Source: Felis catus
Lineage: Eukaryota
DNA length: 64,000 nucleotides
NCBI RefSeq assembly: GCF_018350175.1
Contig: NC_058368.1
Coordinates: forward strand, 233,928,001-233,992,000
Direction: 5' to 3'
Both the position numbers and the translations under genes were made by a program. Below the pieces are notes generated by a model, which did not search any database, was not told the DNA's origin, and saw only the letters and a program-made list of their open reading frames with translations. Numbering within the stretch: the first letter of the stretch is position 1; every line of letters begins with the position of its first letter. Shown piece after piece: positions 52,636 through 64,000 of this stretch.

Positions 52636-52919
52636 ACACTTAAAAGTTTAGTGAGTTAAAATTCAGAGAAATGGCATAACTAAATTTTAGTATAAGAGGT
52701 GGAGTAGGCTCCATTCATAGAGTTGGAGGATATTAGTGATTTGACCCACTTCCTATCAGATCTAGGACACATTTGCTTTTCCATCTGAGCTTCGGTCTGA
52801 GGTCTGGGTACAAGGGGTGCTATTTGGTTTTCTGTGGCCCAAGCGGTCCAGAGCAGTCACTCCCCGAAGTGAAGCGATTCCAGAAACTTTGCCCTTAGTG
52901 AAGCCCTATTATTAGCTTG

Positions 52920-53200
52920 AGCATGGAGCTGGAAGAATTAAGGATTGATGAGAATCTATACGCAAGGTTTTGGGAAGGCTCGAAGTAGCTTTGATTTGAA
53001 TATTGTAATTCTTCTAGAATTAACTAAATCCCATTTTGATGGCATAGATCGTGAAGTCCTTGGGAGGTTGGCTTCCAAAGGTTATTACCGTAGCCGTTGT
53101 ACCACCAGGACTTTTTCTCTCTTTCAAAAATGTGAGGGAAGATACACGGAAGCCCGAGAGGAATGGTTTTGGTGTGGGGGAACCATCAGAGACGAGTAAA
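52920..53200 (+). mobile_element. Ancient CR1/L3-like LINE RT fragment
   Basis: QGFGKARSS..NIVILLELTKSHFDG; ttggcttccaaaggttattac resembles LDFQKAFD codons; gtaccaccaggacttt resembles VPHQRL. Confidence 0.5.
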
Positions 53201-53413
53201 GACCCTCGAGCTAGAGCCACATGCTAGCTAAGGTTATGAGGGCCCAACATAGGATCCGGTTCCCAGAAGAGAGCACGATGCTGTAAACAGAAGTAGAAAC
53301 CTTGATCTTGTACAGAGAAAGAATGATGTTAATTAACACGAGGTCCGGGTCCACATAGCCAGCTGTAGTTCCAACATTGTGTTGTGGGGAAAATGTTCCT
53401 CTTGCGTTTTAAA

Positions 53414-53627
53414 ATTTTTTTTTTCAACGTTTACTTATTTTTGGGACAGAGAGAGACAGAGCATGAACGGGGGAGGGGCAGAGAGAGAGGGAGACACAGA
53501 ATCGGAAACAGGCTCCAGGCTCTGAGCCGTCAGCCCAGAGCCCGACGCGGGGCTTGAACTCACGGACCGCGAGATCGTGACCTGGCTGAAGTCGGATGCT
53601 TAACCGACTGCGCCACCCAGGCGCCCC
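53414..53627 (-). mobile_element. Young Can-SINE (SINEC_Fc)
   Basis: perfect 17-bp TSD TCCTCTTGCGTTTTAAA (53397-53413/53628-53644). Confidence 0.97.
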
Positions 53628-53759
53628 TCCTCTTGCGTTTTAAATTGTGGAAATGCAAACACACCACACCGTCCCTCGCCCTGCCTCTATAAATCATTTT
53701 TGCTCAGAGTTACGTGGATTCTCTGCTTTTCCTATGGCTTCTCCGTACCTGAGTTACTT

Positions 53760-55340
53760 ACTTTGGTTCTTCGTTAATTCGGTAGATTTTTATCATTTAG
53801 GGTTTTTGCTCAAGAAGGGCTTGGAGGAATTATATATCCTAAGCTGTTTCATGCTTAAATGACTTTATTTTTCAATGACAGTTCATCAGACGTTACCATT
53901 CTTTTGTTATTTTGTTTCTTGGGGACTTTGCACGTATCAAATCCTGCACTGCAGTAGTCGGGGCCTGCCTGACTTCCCCTTGAGGCTGGCTTGTTCTTTT
54001 GTCCTTTGTCCTCGAAATTTTCCAAATGGCCTTGGTTTTGAAGATTGTGTACCAATTTTTGTGAACGCAGTGTGATTTTCCAACCTGCAAATTCGGTTCT
54101 TTACCAATTCCGGGATTTTCCAGGCAGCTTTGAAGTCCATTGTGATTTCACCCTCATGGCTAGCAATTATATGCTAGACTTTTTCAGTCTGTTTTCCATA
54201 TCTACTATCTTCTCTGATTACAACAAAATATCTGTTTTAATTATCTCTGCTTTGATCGGTCATGTCCAATCATCTCAAACCTCTGGGTGAACGATGTGAC
54301 TTTGGGTGAGTTTCCTTCTCTTCCTCACTGTTCTTTCTTCTTTATTAATTCAGAGACAACATTTTGTTCTTCAAATATGTTTCCTTGGGCACGCCTTCCT
54401 TTCCATCTCGTTCCCTTGTTTATCCATATTGCCTTTGAGCTATTATTTCTTTGAGCGCGTGTCTCATTAACTTGTCACGCAGTGTGACACAATTGTGACA
54501 AATTCTCTGGTGCTTCCTGAATTTTGTTTTCCCTTTAATTTCTTAGTCTGTCATTTACATGGCGTCCTTCTTTCTTGTATGTTTTGTGATGTGGTATGAT
54601 TGTAGGACCCCCCCCCCACTACAGAATTCTTCTTTATCCTGCCCAGGAGTGAAATGCTGTATCAGCACATTCTTCTTGCTCTGATGTGATATTGATGATT
54701 TGACCCACTTCCTATCAGAGCCAGGATAGATTTGCTTTTCCATCTGAGTTTTAGTTTGAGGTCTGGGTATTAGGGGTGCTATTTGGCTTTCCATGACCCA
54801 AGGGGATGGCAGGGAGGAAGGGGATCTGGCCTAGGCGGTGTTATCTCTTCTGCCATGTTGTTCTGTGTGTTAAGTGCCCGGCACCCACTTGGGCCTGGGA
54901 GACGCCCCAAAGCCTCAGACCTGGACCCCAAACTGAACTATGGAGTCTCTGCTTTCCCTTTACTCACTTTCCTGCTCTTGCTACTTTCTCCTCAGTGGCT
55001 CTTTCCAGAACCCCACGGTGAAGGAAGATAAGGTTGCCTCTCAGTTTGAATTTCCACATATTTGGAAGAGAGAGGCCAAAAACTCTCTAGATTTGTGAAA
55101 TCACCACTATAGTTTCGGGGGAATGGAGCAGAGTTAGGAATGAACTGGAATGAATTGTGTCTCCTTGACCCCCAAATCCCTTTTCTTTCCTTGATTCCAA
55201 GTTTGGGGGCTTATCGAATCGGGTTATATCCACCTCTGTGTCTGGCGCTATAAGTCTTTTGAGGGTGAGCTTCTGGTTTCTACGAAGGTTTTGCTCTTTG
55301 GGTACAAAGGGAGAGATTCTATAATGTCCTTGCAATTTTC
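53760..55340 (-). mobile_element. Ancient L1/HAL1-like ORF1 and 5' region remnant
   Basis: T-rich antisense pattern: tatatcctaagctgtttcatgctta...tttccatatctact. Confidence 0.4.
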
Positions 55341-55676
55341 CATCTTAAGTTGCAGGTTTATCTTCATAGCAAACCTCTGGTATCTTTATTAAAAAAAAAA
55401 AAAACAACTACAACAAAAACAAACCCTCCTTTTCCCTTTGTCTCAAGCACCTTTTGCAGGTTTAGCTTTTTTGGTTTGTTTCTCATCAAATGATATTTTG
55501 GGACAATAATTAATAATACAGTTGCCTCAGTTGATTTAAATAAATAGCTCTATTTTCATATTTCTTGTTATTGGTGTGAATGTCATAAAGGGTCATTGCA
55601 TAGGGTCCTGAAGGGAGCGCGAAGGATTGAGATGCAAATGATGTATCTTATGTATGGTTTTAAAAAATGTACTTGA

Positions 55677-55894
55677 GGGGCGCCTGGGTGGCGCAGTCGG
55701 TTGGGCGTCCGACTTCAGCCAGGTCACGATCTCGCGGTCCATGAGTTCGAGCCCCGCGTCAGGCTCTGGGCTGATGGCTCGGAGCCTGGAGCCTGTTTCC
55801 GATTCTGTGTCTCCCTCTCTCTCTGCCCCTCTCCCGTTCATGCTCTGTCTCTTTCTGTCCCCAAAATAAATAAACGTTGAAAAAAAAATTAAAA
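55677..55894 (+). mobile_element. Young Can-SINE (SINEC_Fc)
   Basis: TSD AAAAAATGTACTTGA (55662-55676/55895-55909). Confidence 0.97.
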
Positions 55895-56402
55895 AAAAAA
55901 TGTACTTGAGAGGAAATAGAGTCTAAATGTCCCCTGCTTTGTTGTCTGCGGGCCGGGACTTGTGAGCGTGGACAGGCGAGCGGCAGAAAGGGGCCTCGTT
56001 CCTGCGTCCGCAGCCCGGCCCCGCTTGGTGCCCGTCAGCCCCGACAAGGCTGGAGTGTAGCAGGAGTCTGCACGAATTAGCGGTGCTGCCCTAAGGCTGT
56101 GTCTGGCATCATCTGTGTCACAGCTGACCTTCTGCATCCAGGGCCACCGGGCGTCCTCTTGCTGCTGCTAGCACCTCGCCCCCCAGCAGCATCTCCCCGG
56201 CCTGTCCTCAAAGAGCGCCTCCCGCCCTGGCCGGACAGAATCCCCTCCGATTGCCTGCTCCACCCGCGAAGTTTCCTCTTCACCTCCCCATCAGCACCTG
56301 CAGCTGCTGGCGACCTTGTGGATGTGTGTGTGTCACACGCACCAGAATGCGAGCTCTGTGACGCAGGAGGCCCAGTCTGACCTGTCCAGCACTGCATTTT
56401 TT

Positions 56403-56624
56403 TATTTTTTTATTTTTTTTTCAACGTTTATTTGTTTTTGGGACAGAGAGAGACAGAGCATGAACGGGGGAGGTGCAGAGAGAGAGGGAGACACAGAATC
56501 GGAAACAGGCTCCAGGCTCTGAGCCATCAGCCCAGAGCCTGACGCGGGGCTCGAACTCACGGACGGCGAGATCGTGACCTGGCTGAAGTCGGACGCTTAA
56601 CCGACTGCGCCACCCAGGCGCCCC
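56403..56624 (-). mobile_element. Young Can-SINE (SINEC_Fc)
   Basis: TSD TCCAGCAYTGCATTTTTT. Confidence 0.97.
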
Positions 56625-58278
56625 TCCAGCATTGCATTTTTACCTCGACTCAGGATTTTCTCATCCCGTGAGTCAAATGCATTTCTGAACTGTCCGTCAG
56701 GTCTGCAGGACGGGTCCTCGGCCCCAGATTCCTGCTTGGCATTCGAGCTCTCTTCCAGCTTCTGAGCTCTGTCCCCGAGACTCATCTCTGGCTTGGGACC
56801 CTTCCAGTCCTCCTGGTCTGTGCTGCATGCCTATGCCAGCTAGCAGGTGTCCCCACTGAGGCGATCACCTGAGGACTCCCCGGCCACACGCATCTCAGCG
56901 GCTACCCCACCCCACAGAGCTACCTTCCCCTCCACCTGACCTCGCCTTGCTGGAGTCCGCAGACCTACCAAGGTAATGGAGACAGGGTGACAAGGAAAGA
57001 GCAGGCCAGAGTGACCCAGTGCTCTTAATTTTAGCTTCCTCCTGGAGCTCTTTGTTAATCTGACTCTTGGGATGGCACGGAAGGTCCAAGTCTGAGTCTT
57101 TGTTCCGACGGCCCTGTCCACTGCTCCATTTCCTCATTTCACCCCGAACTCCCCAGGGCTGAAGGGACGCGAATTGGCCACGGCCACGGAAGGTGTTCCC
57201 GTATGTATATTCAATGGGAGAAAGCTTTAGGAACGAGGTACAAATTCTGTTTCTGTGTCATCTGCAACAATCCTTTGCAGGAGCGTCTGTTACTACCTGG
57301 AAAGGAAACGCCGCTGGTTGCTTTGTGGTTGTTCGGAGGACGTTTTAATTGTCCCTTTCGGGGTCAAACCCGGGACAGGCCCTCCCCCGCTCAGATCCCG
57401 GCGCTCAGAGGGAGTGGGACAGCTTTGGTCTCTGAAAATGGCCCCGTCCCGGGGAGGAACCTGCGTGTCTTCACTTGCTAGAGAGAGGGTGACTTACCGC
57501 AGAGATGAGATCTGAGAAGCCGCTGGATGGGAATCCCTGCAGCAAAATCCTTCCTTTCTTCCCTCCTCTCTGAATAATAGGCAATTTCCTCTCGTGGAGT
57601 CAGTCTCGTCTCGGTAAATCACTTCCAGACAGGCTCACCTTGACTTCACAGGACGCAAACAGGGAGGAAAAAGGATCGCCTCACTTCTCCGCTGTCACCG
57701 AGAGATCAGATGAAATTATTTTAAGGTCACATGTTCAAACGTATTGCACTTGCCGGCAGGAAATGAGCTTCCGAAGGAAGATTCGGGTGGAAAAGACAGG
57801 ATCAGACACAGCAATAACGGTCAGGCCCAAGTGATGCGGAGTCCTGGCCCTCCGCGCCTGGAGAGCTAGGTCACCTTTGCTGTTCTATTAATAGAAAACT
57901 CTCTCCTGGCAGAAGTCACATTTAGCGCCCGCTGTCAATGGGGAATTGGATAATTTCTACCACGATTACCTCTCGGCAATCAAAAAAGTCACTTTTCTGT
58001 AACTTTTATGCAAGCGAGGGTGGGTTCCCAGCTCGACAAGAAGGAGAGCTTTGTGTCGTGAAGATTTATATGGGTAAGTCAGCGAACGTGCCTCCTAGAG
58101 CCTGCGTCTTGTTCCTGGCCCAATGCCAGCAGCTGGAAATCAATAGAAAACTTCAGTCTGTCCTTACTCCGAGGTGTGTACCATCTAGCAGGTGAAGGTT
58201 GCTCAAGGTGGCTGTAAATGATGAAGGACAAGGAATTTCAACCTGAATTCTGTGTGCGTTAAAGGAGGGCAAAATGTT

Positions 58279-58504
58279 GGGGTGCCTGGGTGGCGCAGTC
58301 GGTTAAGCGTCCGACTTCGGCCAGGTCACGATCTCGCGGTCCGTGAGTTCGAGCCCCGCGTCGGGCTCTGGGCTGATGGCTCAGAGCCTGGAGCCTGTTT
58401 CCGATTCTGTGTCTCCCTCTCTCTGCCCCTCCCCCGTTCATGCTCTGTCTCTCTCTGTCCCAAAAATAAAGAAACGTTGAAAAAAAACATTTTTTTTAAA
58501 TTTT
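58279..58504 (+). mobile_element. Young Can-SINE (SINEC_Fc)
   Basis: perfect 20-bp TSD TTAAAGGAGGGCAAAATGTT (58259-58278/58505-58524). Confidence 0.97.
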
Positions 58505-58904
58505 TTAAAGGAGGGCAAAATGTTGAAGCTCTACGATGCAGTCCTCAGAATATTTCATACTCTCTGTCTCTAACTACTTAGAATATTATCTTAAATATCC
58601 ATAACCCCTTCTACGTGAGCTATTGAAACTGTCAGCTGTCTATCTTAAATGAAAATATTCAGTTACTGGGCCAGAAATAAGTCACTTTTTAGCTGCCGGT
58701 AACCTGAGCAATAAAAAACTAAAATAAATAAAAAAGAGGTGAATAACTAAAGAAGACACCAAATGAGCTTGAGCATTTATTCAAAAACACTTCACCAGAC
58801 AGCAACTTCCATGGCCAGACTTATTTTTGATTGGAGGGGAGGCTGGCATTCTCTCATTAAAAATAACATTTGTGATGATTGAATACCGTTACCTTCTCTG
58901 AATA

Positions 58905-59140
58905 CTACCTTTTCAACGTTTCTTTTGAAATGAGTGTGGACTCACAGGCAGTTACAAAAACAGTACATAAAGATTCCCAGGGAAGATTTACGTGGCTTCT
59001 TCCACCCAGTGACATTTTACGTGAAGGTAAGACAATATCAAAACCAGGAAACTGGCCTCGGTGTAATCCTGTCAACTAGACTACAGACTGTGTGCAACTC
59101 CTACCAGTTTTTACAGTTTTAGCATGCACTCGTGCGTGTA

Positions 59141-59173
<33 letters not shown>

Positions 59174-59340
59174 TCGTGTGCACAGTACAGTTCTGTGGCA
59201 TCTGGTCCCACCTGGGCCCCCCTGCAGCTGAGACACAGAACGGTTCTGTCACCATGATGACCCTCTCTCTTGCTCCCCTGCAGACCTGCACCCTCCCCAC
59301 CCCCATCGATGTCCCCTGGCAACCACTAAATGTTCTCCTA
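58905..59340 (-). mobile_element. Old L1MB/MC 3' fragment with (TG)n
   Basis: gtggactcacaggcagttacaaaa...aaaaccaggaaactggc...cccctggcaaccactaaatgttctcc. Confidence 0.75.
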
Positions 59341-59992
59341 CTTAGATTTAATTTTAAGTGTCTTGTTTGGCCCACCACACTGGCTTGGATCTTGTTGATG
59401 AAGAGTTTCAGCCACATTGTGCTTGGCATCCAGACGAATTAGACATTAAGGGAATATCAAAGTGGGACACAGTGACCTTCTAGCAAACTGAAGAAGGTAA
59501 TTCATTTACTTGGTCGTTCTCCTTTTTTCTGATAGAATAAATTTTGGTTGATCCTTTTTGCTAAGTTCAGAAGGCAGAAGCGCCCTCAGAGACAATATAA
59601 AGGGAAAAGATCTATCTATCTATCTATCTATCATCTATCTCCATTCATCCAAATATCGATCTATCCACCATCTATCCAAAATAACAGTACAACTTCATTT
59701 AAATTAAAAACAAATATATTCCCCAATAATTTAGCAAATATCAATTTTACGGATGGTGAAGAAAAAAATTGGTTCCAGTAACTTAACAAGAATTTCATAA
59801 CACCCTAACTCTCTAAGTTGTTAGCAATAATTCTAAACCCTGGTCTGATTTTCAAGACTTTTTCATTCAAATCACCTCATAACATTTTCAAATAATTACA
59901 TGAGAAGTTCCCAATGGAGTGTTTGGCATTTGGACCCAAGGACCAAAATGATATGAAACACCTGGAAATGTGTAACTAAATGAATGGTTTTA

Positions 59993-60214
59993 GGGGCGCC
60001 TGGGTGGCTCAGTCAGTTAAGCATCCGACTTCGGCTCAGGTCACGATCTCGTGGTCCGTGAGTTCGAGCCCTGCGTCGGGCTCTGTGCTGACAGCTCAGA
60101 GCCTGGAGCCTGTTTCAGATTCTGTGTCTCCCTCTGTCTCCCTGACCCTCCCCCATTCATGCTCTGTCTCTCTCTGTCTCAAAAATAAATAAACGTTAAA
60201 AAAATTTTTTTAAA
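59993..60214 (+). mobile_element. Can-SINE
   Basis: TSD AAATGAATGGTTTTA. Confidence 0.96.
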
Positions 60215-60306
60215 AAATGAATGGTTTTAAAATACTTACATTCAACTATTTGGTAAGCTTATTATCCAAGATACAATATAATTATACATGATGCAGCAGT
60301 AGTATC

Positions 60307-60734
60307 TGAAAGGGCGGGCCTATGCCAGCCGACTCCATCTTGTTCTGTGTCCTCCACCCTGAGTGACTATGTCCCCGACATGCCCCCTTTCCGGGAAAAT
60401 CGCAGAAACCTCAGACCACGCCTCCACCCCTTGAGTAACCTCCCACTCACCCGTTCAAACTTCCCCATCAAAACATGCCCGGCGACCTGCATAACAGGAC
60501 TCTGACCCTTCCCCAGCCAATCTGCTGAGGCCACAGCCATTACCTCACCAACTTCCCCTACACCCCAATAAAACCTTTGTGCTTTTGAAACTCACTCTCT
60601 CTCCCCAGCATCTCACCGCTACCTCGGTGCAGGTAGGGGAATGAGCTCGAGCTAGCTCGAATAAAGGCTCTTTGCTTTTGCATCAGACTCGGCTCCCTGG
60701 TGGTCTTTGGGGATCACGAATTCTGGGCATAACA
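60307..60734 (+). mobile_element. ERV solo LTR (probably ERV1-like, carnivore/felid)
   Basis: TG...CA termini, perfect 5-bp TSD GTATC, CCAAT box ~60517, AATAAA ~60567 and ~60660. Confidence 0.88.
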
Positions 60735-60739
60735 GTATC

Positions 60740-60960
60740 ATAATACATATATTATATATTATTATCTATGTTGATATTATATAACCATCTAATATAGTCA
60801 TATTAACACATAATATGGTTATTATGATATATCATTGACTATTATTAATGTATACATTTTCTTATATATAAGTATATAATAGAAGTCACTATGATATATG
60901 TAATACAAGTATATATTATATTTATGTTGTTGTATATATTTATTATATATTATTGTTTAA
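60740..60960. repeat. AT-rich low complexity
   Basis: TATA/ATT runs. Confidence 0.85.
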
Positions 60961-61387
60961 TTTTACAACACAAGTCATTGGGCAACACATATTCATGAGG
61001 GCTTCACTGTATACATTTATTTGCATTTGACACGTGGAGGGTTGTTCAGGTAGTTAGCTTTGCAAAGTGACATCAAGATTATACTTCACAGTAAGACCGG
61101 ACCTCACATCTCCCACGGGCCTTGAGCACCTAAGTATTTACTTTATATGTATTCATTTTTCTTTTTGATTGTAAGCTTGTTTAGGGCGAACTTCTATTGT
61201 TCTTTGGATCCAAATAACAGTTTCTATGACACGCACAACATACGGGCAAGTTGGACAAGTAGCTGTTGGAATATTTCTCCTAGAATCAAGAATAAAAACC
61301 AATCTGAAGGTTCGGTGTTTTCTTCTGTAAAGGCAGAGGTCTCCAGCGTTACCCTAAGGTCTGAAGATACATTTATCTTTGGGGTTG

Positions 61388-61408
61388 TTCCCTGTCCTTG
61401 GTGCTGAG
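61388..61408 (-). promoter_or_regulatory. Candidate REST/NRSF binding site (RE1)
   Basis: minus strand CTCAGCACCAAGGACAGGGAA has both half-sites TCAGCACC-nn-GGACAG at canonical spacing. Confidence 0.6.
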
Positions 61409-61579
61409 CACAGCTTACTCTGCTGGTCCAAAGACTAATGCCGAACAAAAATATTTCTCTTACACACGTTTTCTAGTAGAAACTATTGTTTTTTGCAAGT
61501 TTCCTAGCCTTGAAACCATGAGACACTTATCTCATTGGTGTCAAACACTTGATTCAGCCTACGATATAAAGTGCCTTTT

Positions 61580-61870
61580 TAGTATTTTCTCCAATATTTT
61601 ATTTAGAAAATATTCAAATGTAAAGACAAGTTGAAAGAATTGCATAGAAAACATCCATACAACCACCTCCGAATACTATTTTTTTTACTACTTTTTATTA
61701 TGTTTGCCTCATCACATATCTATCCATTTATGCATCCTTCTGTCCACCTACCAATCAACCCCATTTTTTTTTTGCACCAGAAAGTAGGTTTTTGGCATTG
61801 GTAACTGTCAGCCTAAATCCTCAACATGCATGTCTTCAACTAGTGTTTCATATTTCTTCATAGTTCTTTT
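61580..61870 (-). mobile_element. Old L1MC/ME 3' fragment
   Basis: aagttgaaagaattgcatagaaaacatccatac...atcacatatctatccatt. Confidence 0.6.
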
Positions 61871-62804
61871 TATTAGCAGACCTTACTTTAAAAAAGAAAA
61901 TAAAAGCCATTTCCCCACATTCTGACATTCTGTTGTGAATGTTACAAAAACCCACCTAATACCGCTGTTGTTGACATATGCTGCTTGGTAAGATTCTGTG
62001 GTTATAATTCCAGATGAGTAGTTTGCACATGTCCCGGATGCACAGAGGTAGGAATGTTCTTTACCTTCCCAGCAGGGAAGTCTGTGACATTCTTTCCAGA
62101 GACTCTATTCACCAAGTGTATTCAGTGTAAGGTTATCCTGGATCTACCAGAGACCATAACTCCTCTTTCCTCCTGGATGTGGGGGGTGAAGTGTCCCAGT
62201 GGTCCCCAGGGACCTTCTGGGGGAACATCACTGTACCATGACACTAATGTGCATTCCCCCACTAGGAAACGGACTCCGAACAAACAATGTTCTCTGTTCT
62301 ACATCGAGTTCCCACTTTCCTTATGCGTAACAGATGTGTTTCCTTGTGCATTCTTCCTGGGATGTGGCACCTGAAATTTCTTATCACTGGCCTGGTTTTC
62401 TAAATGGGCTTTCCAGAGTGTTTCCCTTAAAAGGGGTGTTTTGCTAATTTGAGATTACATAATAGAAATGGAAATGTGTATAATTCCTTGTCATTTGTGA
62501 TAGAAATTGGCATTATGATGAGCCACACTATGGATGCTGAAAGGTCCTTCTCCCAAAGACACATGGTTCCAGAATAAGACTTCCAGGCCTTTTCCAAATT
62601 TTATATAGAGATCCACTGAATTCTATAGCTTTTTCTAAGTTTTTGTAGAAGGAAATATAGGTACTTTAATAAAATTCTTAGCTAATTCCTTTATGTATTT
62701 GCTTTGAACTACTTGTTTTTGTGGGCCATCTTGAAAAGAGTCTAAAGATTACCATTGACTTTTCTTTTTTTTTTTACCATTGACTTTTCGTTAAAAAGAT
62801 TATT

Positions 62805-63060
62805 TTAATAGCACCAATACCGTGTGATATCCATTAAGTGCTAAAATGTACCAAACATTAAGGGCCTTATATATATTAACCTACTCAATCCTTTCAGCAA
62901 TCCTCTGAAGTGGGCACTCTTATCTTCAGCACTTTACAGCAGGGGAAACTGAGGCCAAGATAGGTCGGGTAATTATTTACCCAGAGTCACAGAGCCAATG
63001 AAAGACCAGCTGTAAACTGTGTTATCTGTTCTTATTTTCTCTGAACACATTTTGCCACCT
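62805..63060. mobile_element. MIR
   Basis: ctttacagcaggggaaactgaggccaag...tttacccagagtcacag. Confidence 0.7.
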
Positions 63061-64000
63061 CTAAAACTAAGTCATATGGAGACCTTTCCTGAGAAAGAAC
63101 TTCCAGTATATTAGTAGGTAGCGTATCATTTAATTATTTTTCATCATAGGCCACCAATCCTACTTCTAAGTGGCTTTAATGTAATGAAGAGTCTGTCTCC
63201 ACTTGTGATGTGTGAGCACTGACTTCTTCCTAGGCATCACCCTACTTTCCTCTTTGGTCCACGTCTGGACAGACTGAAAGCAAAGCTCAAATATGCGTTT
63301 GACCCTTGGCGCTGGTGGGAGATACAAATCTCCTGCACCTGGGGACTTTCCCAGTGGACCCCCAGCCACCATCAAGATCAACCTCTCCTTCCCCTCTGTC
63401 CAAGCCAGCCCATACCTGCTTGTGTCTTTCCAGACACTTTCCCCACATTCTCTTGATGTGTAGAGTCTCAGGAGTCTCAACACCCAAATCAAATTTTGGG
63501 TGAAGGGTCCATCTGTTCTCTGTGGAATTACCACAAAGCATTTAAAGAATTTTGGTTTGGCCTAAATTTTATGTCTTTATTAGTCCCATCATTTTACAAT
63601 TATGCAAAAAAGAATGAACTAAGGCAGATTAAGGTAAGACATGTAAAGTGTCCCTATCCCAAGATTGCTCATTATTATAGTGTTCTACAAACTATTTGTG
63701 ATTTTTTTTCAAACCCTAGGTCCCTATACATCCCTCAATCTCTTTATTATGTTTTCATCTGCTCACTGAAGTGTGATCCTGGTGTGAAGGCAAGGCTTAC
63801 ATGGTAACCATGGCCCACCTTGCCTTACGTGGCTGTTCTCTGCCACCAGAAGGCCAAAGCTCACAGGCTGAAGGATGGCAGGGCAATGAAGGAGGAATCT
63901 GGTCCCCAAACTCACTACTTCATGAAACACAGCCCACCTTGGACTCTCAACCTGCCCCCAGGACCAGCTGAGTCACCTCTGGATGGCCACTGGTGTCCAA

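Noticed and set aside
62060..62260. Minus-strand SLVDPG*..LTL resembling an ERVL protease motif
   Set aside because: Similarity too short and degenerate to call.
1..64000. CRISPR-like arrays or a novel multi-gene system
   Set aside because: The recurring ~200-bp repeats are dispersed Can-SINEs with TSDs, with no regular repeat-spacer structure or operon-like coding content.

Overview
Mammalian, almost certainly felid, non-coding DNA: about 33 tRNA-derived Can-SINEs of the cat SINEC_Fc type and carnivore L1 3' ends. I found no credible protein-coding exon, RNA gene or CRISPR array. The ORF track is explained by SINEs, microsatellites, L1 ORF2 C-terminal fragments and a Tigger transposase fragment. 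Other repeats include old L1M, L2 and MIR pieces, MaLR (MLT1) and ERV LTRs including one intact solo LTR, and a hAT-like relic. I see no evidence for a new biological system. The most interesting observations are two heavily decayed ancient LINE reverse-transcriptase relics (RTE-like at ~36.1-37.9 kb, CR1/L3-like at ~52.9-53.2 kb), a twin-primed inverted L1 with a possible short 3' transduction, two unexplained dispersed 66-115 bp duplications, a near-canonical REST/RE1 site, a tail-only retroposition and several repeat-free candidate enhancers. Subfamily names and old-repeat boundaries come from pattern recognition and are approximate; no database search was run.
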